A stretch of 64,000 nt of DNA, taken from NCBI RefSeq assembly GCF_018977255.1, contig NW_024704742.1:116686001-116750000 (forward strand). Reading direction: 5' to 3'. This DNA is from Callorhinchus milii (lineage: Eukaryota). Positions 62,917 through 64,000 of this stretch are shown one piece after another. Made by a program: the position numbers and the translations under genes. The notes under the pieces are model-generated. The model had not been told where the DNA came from, did no database searches, and was given only the letters and a program-made list of their open reading frames with translations. The first letter of the stretch is position 1; every line of letters begins with the position of its first letter.

Positions 62917-63793
62917 CTACTAAAAAATTATAAATTCAAGAAAAGTAATTTCAGTGATTTTGCTATTTTATAATTTGACCGATACACTGCTTATAACGCA
63001 ATTAATGTATGAGGTCCACGTCTTAATCAATTAATTAAAAAAAAGAGACAATTAACTGTAATTGTGACACTAATTAATGGAATAAACAGGCAAGGTCATT
63101 TTTCATCAAAAACAAATCTCTAAAATGTATTTCAAAGTATAACATTTCATTTAATAATTACATTTTAAAATTTCACATGAATTGTGGTAATGTTAGAAAT
63201 AGTTCTATTCAATCCAATCTTGATTTAATCTCCAATATCTTGTTTCACACACTTAAATCTAAACAGCTAACTCTTTTGACAATTGATACAATATATCACA
63301 AATTTACATATATATATAACGTCTTTCACATCGGGATATCCTAAGGCGCCTAACAATAATAGCTTGGTATCTGAGCTGGGGGTGGGAAAGATTATCAAAA
63401 GTACAAAGAAGTAGATCTTGAGACAGACACTAATGAAGTGAGGAAAGGAGCAAATCAGAGGGACTTTGTGATGGAGTTCTGGGGAGTGGCAACAAAAAGG
63501 CTGAAGGCCAACTGAAAATTATACCAGTACCAAACAGAATGACATAGTGATTGCAACAATTTTTATGTTTGGGCTTTGAAAATGTTTTCAGATGGATGCT
63601 AGTGTATTTGTTTTTCACCAAGATGTTACCAGACAATCAGCCCCACTTCTGTATCACCTCATCTTGGCTGAAAATTGCATCCAGATGTAAGTTTTTTTAT
63701 TCATTAAAATTAATGTCATCTACTCAACCAAGGAAATATATTGGGCCATCTTTCCCTTTATCTTCCACATCTTGAACATCTTGAACTAAAACT

Positions 63794-64000
63794 GTGGAGT
63801 CCTGTAGCTCAGTGGTTAGAGCACTCGCTTTGCAAGTGAGAGACCTGAGTTCAATTCCAGGCAGGGCGAAACCTTGGGCAAGTTTCCTTACTCCACACAG
63901 AGCCTAATAATAATCCCTCCAAAACCAAAAACAATAATAAATTGGTCATTTTCAATCTACGACTGTTTGTGGGACATTGCTGTGCGCAATTGGCTGCTGC
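63794..64000 (+). mobile_element. Young tRNA-derived SINE, cut by the window end
   Basis: Essentially identical to 171-377. Confidence 0.92.

Noticed and set aside
1..64000. CRISPR arrays, operons or other prokaryotic systems
   Set aside because: No regularly spaced repeat-spacer arrays; the sequence is spliced vertebrate DNA.

Overview
Vertebrate genomic DNA, not prokaryotic. The repeat content (L2 and CR1 LINEs, Deu-domain and tRNA-headed SINEs) and the proteins suggest a cartilaginous fish, probably a chimaera such as Callorhinchus; this is inference. Two minus-strand genes are present, adjacent as in mammals. (1) GCNT4: a single coding exon, 19973-21325. (2) The 3' part of ANKRD31, a meiotic DSB scaffold: I traced 15 phase-compatible GT-AG coding exons from about 62916 to the stop at 30334 (about 1,580 codons), covering two ankyrin clusters, a coiled coil, a RAMA-like domain and the C-terminal REC114-binding motif; the 5' exons lie beyond the window. 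The rest is intergenic or intronic and dense in SINE and LINE remnants. Most ORF-track entries are repeat-derived or antisense shadows. I found no convincing new multi-gene system. The most unusual structures are: a 381-bp near-identical copy of one ANKRD31 intron segment inserted into a SINE 30.2 kb away; a perfect 28-bp hairpin containing an AATAAA downstream of the ANKRD31 stop; an unclassified hairpin-rich repeat in two copies; a palindromic MITE; and three SINE families that share one 3' module.
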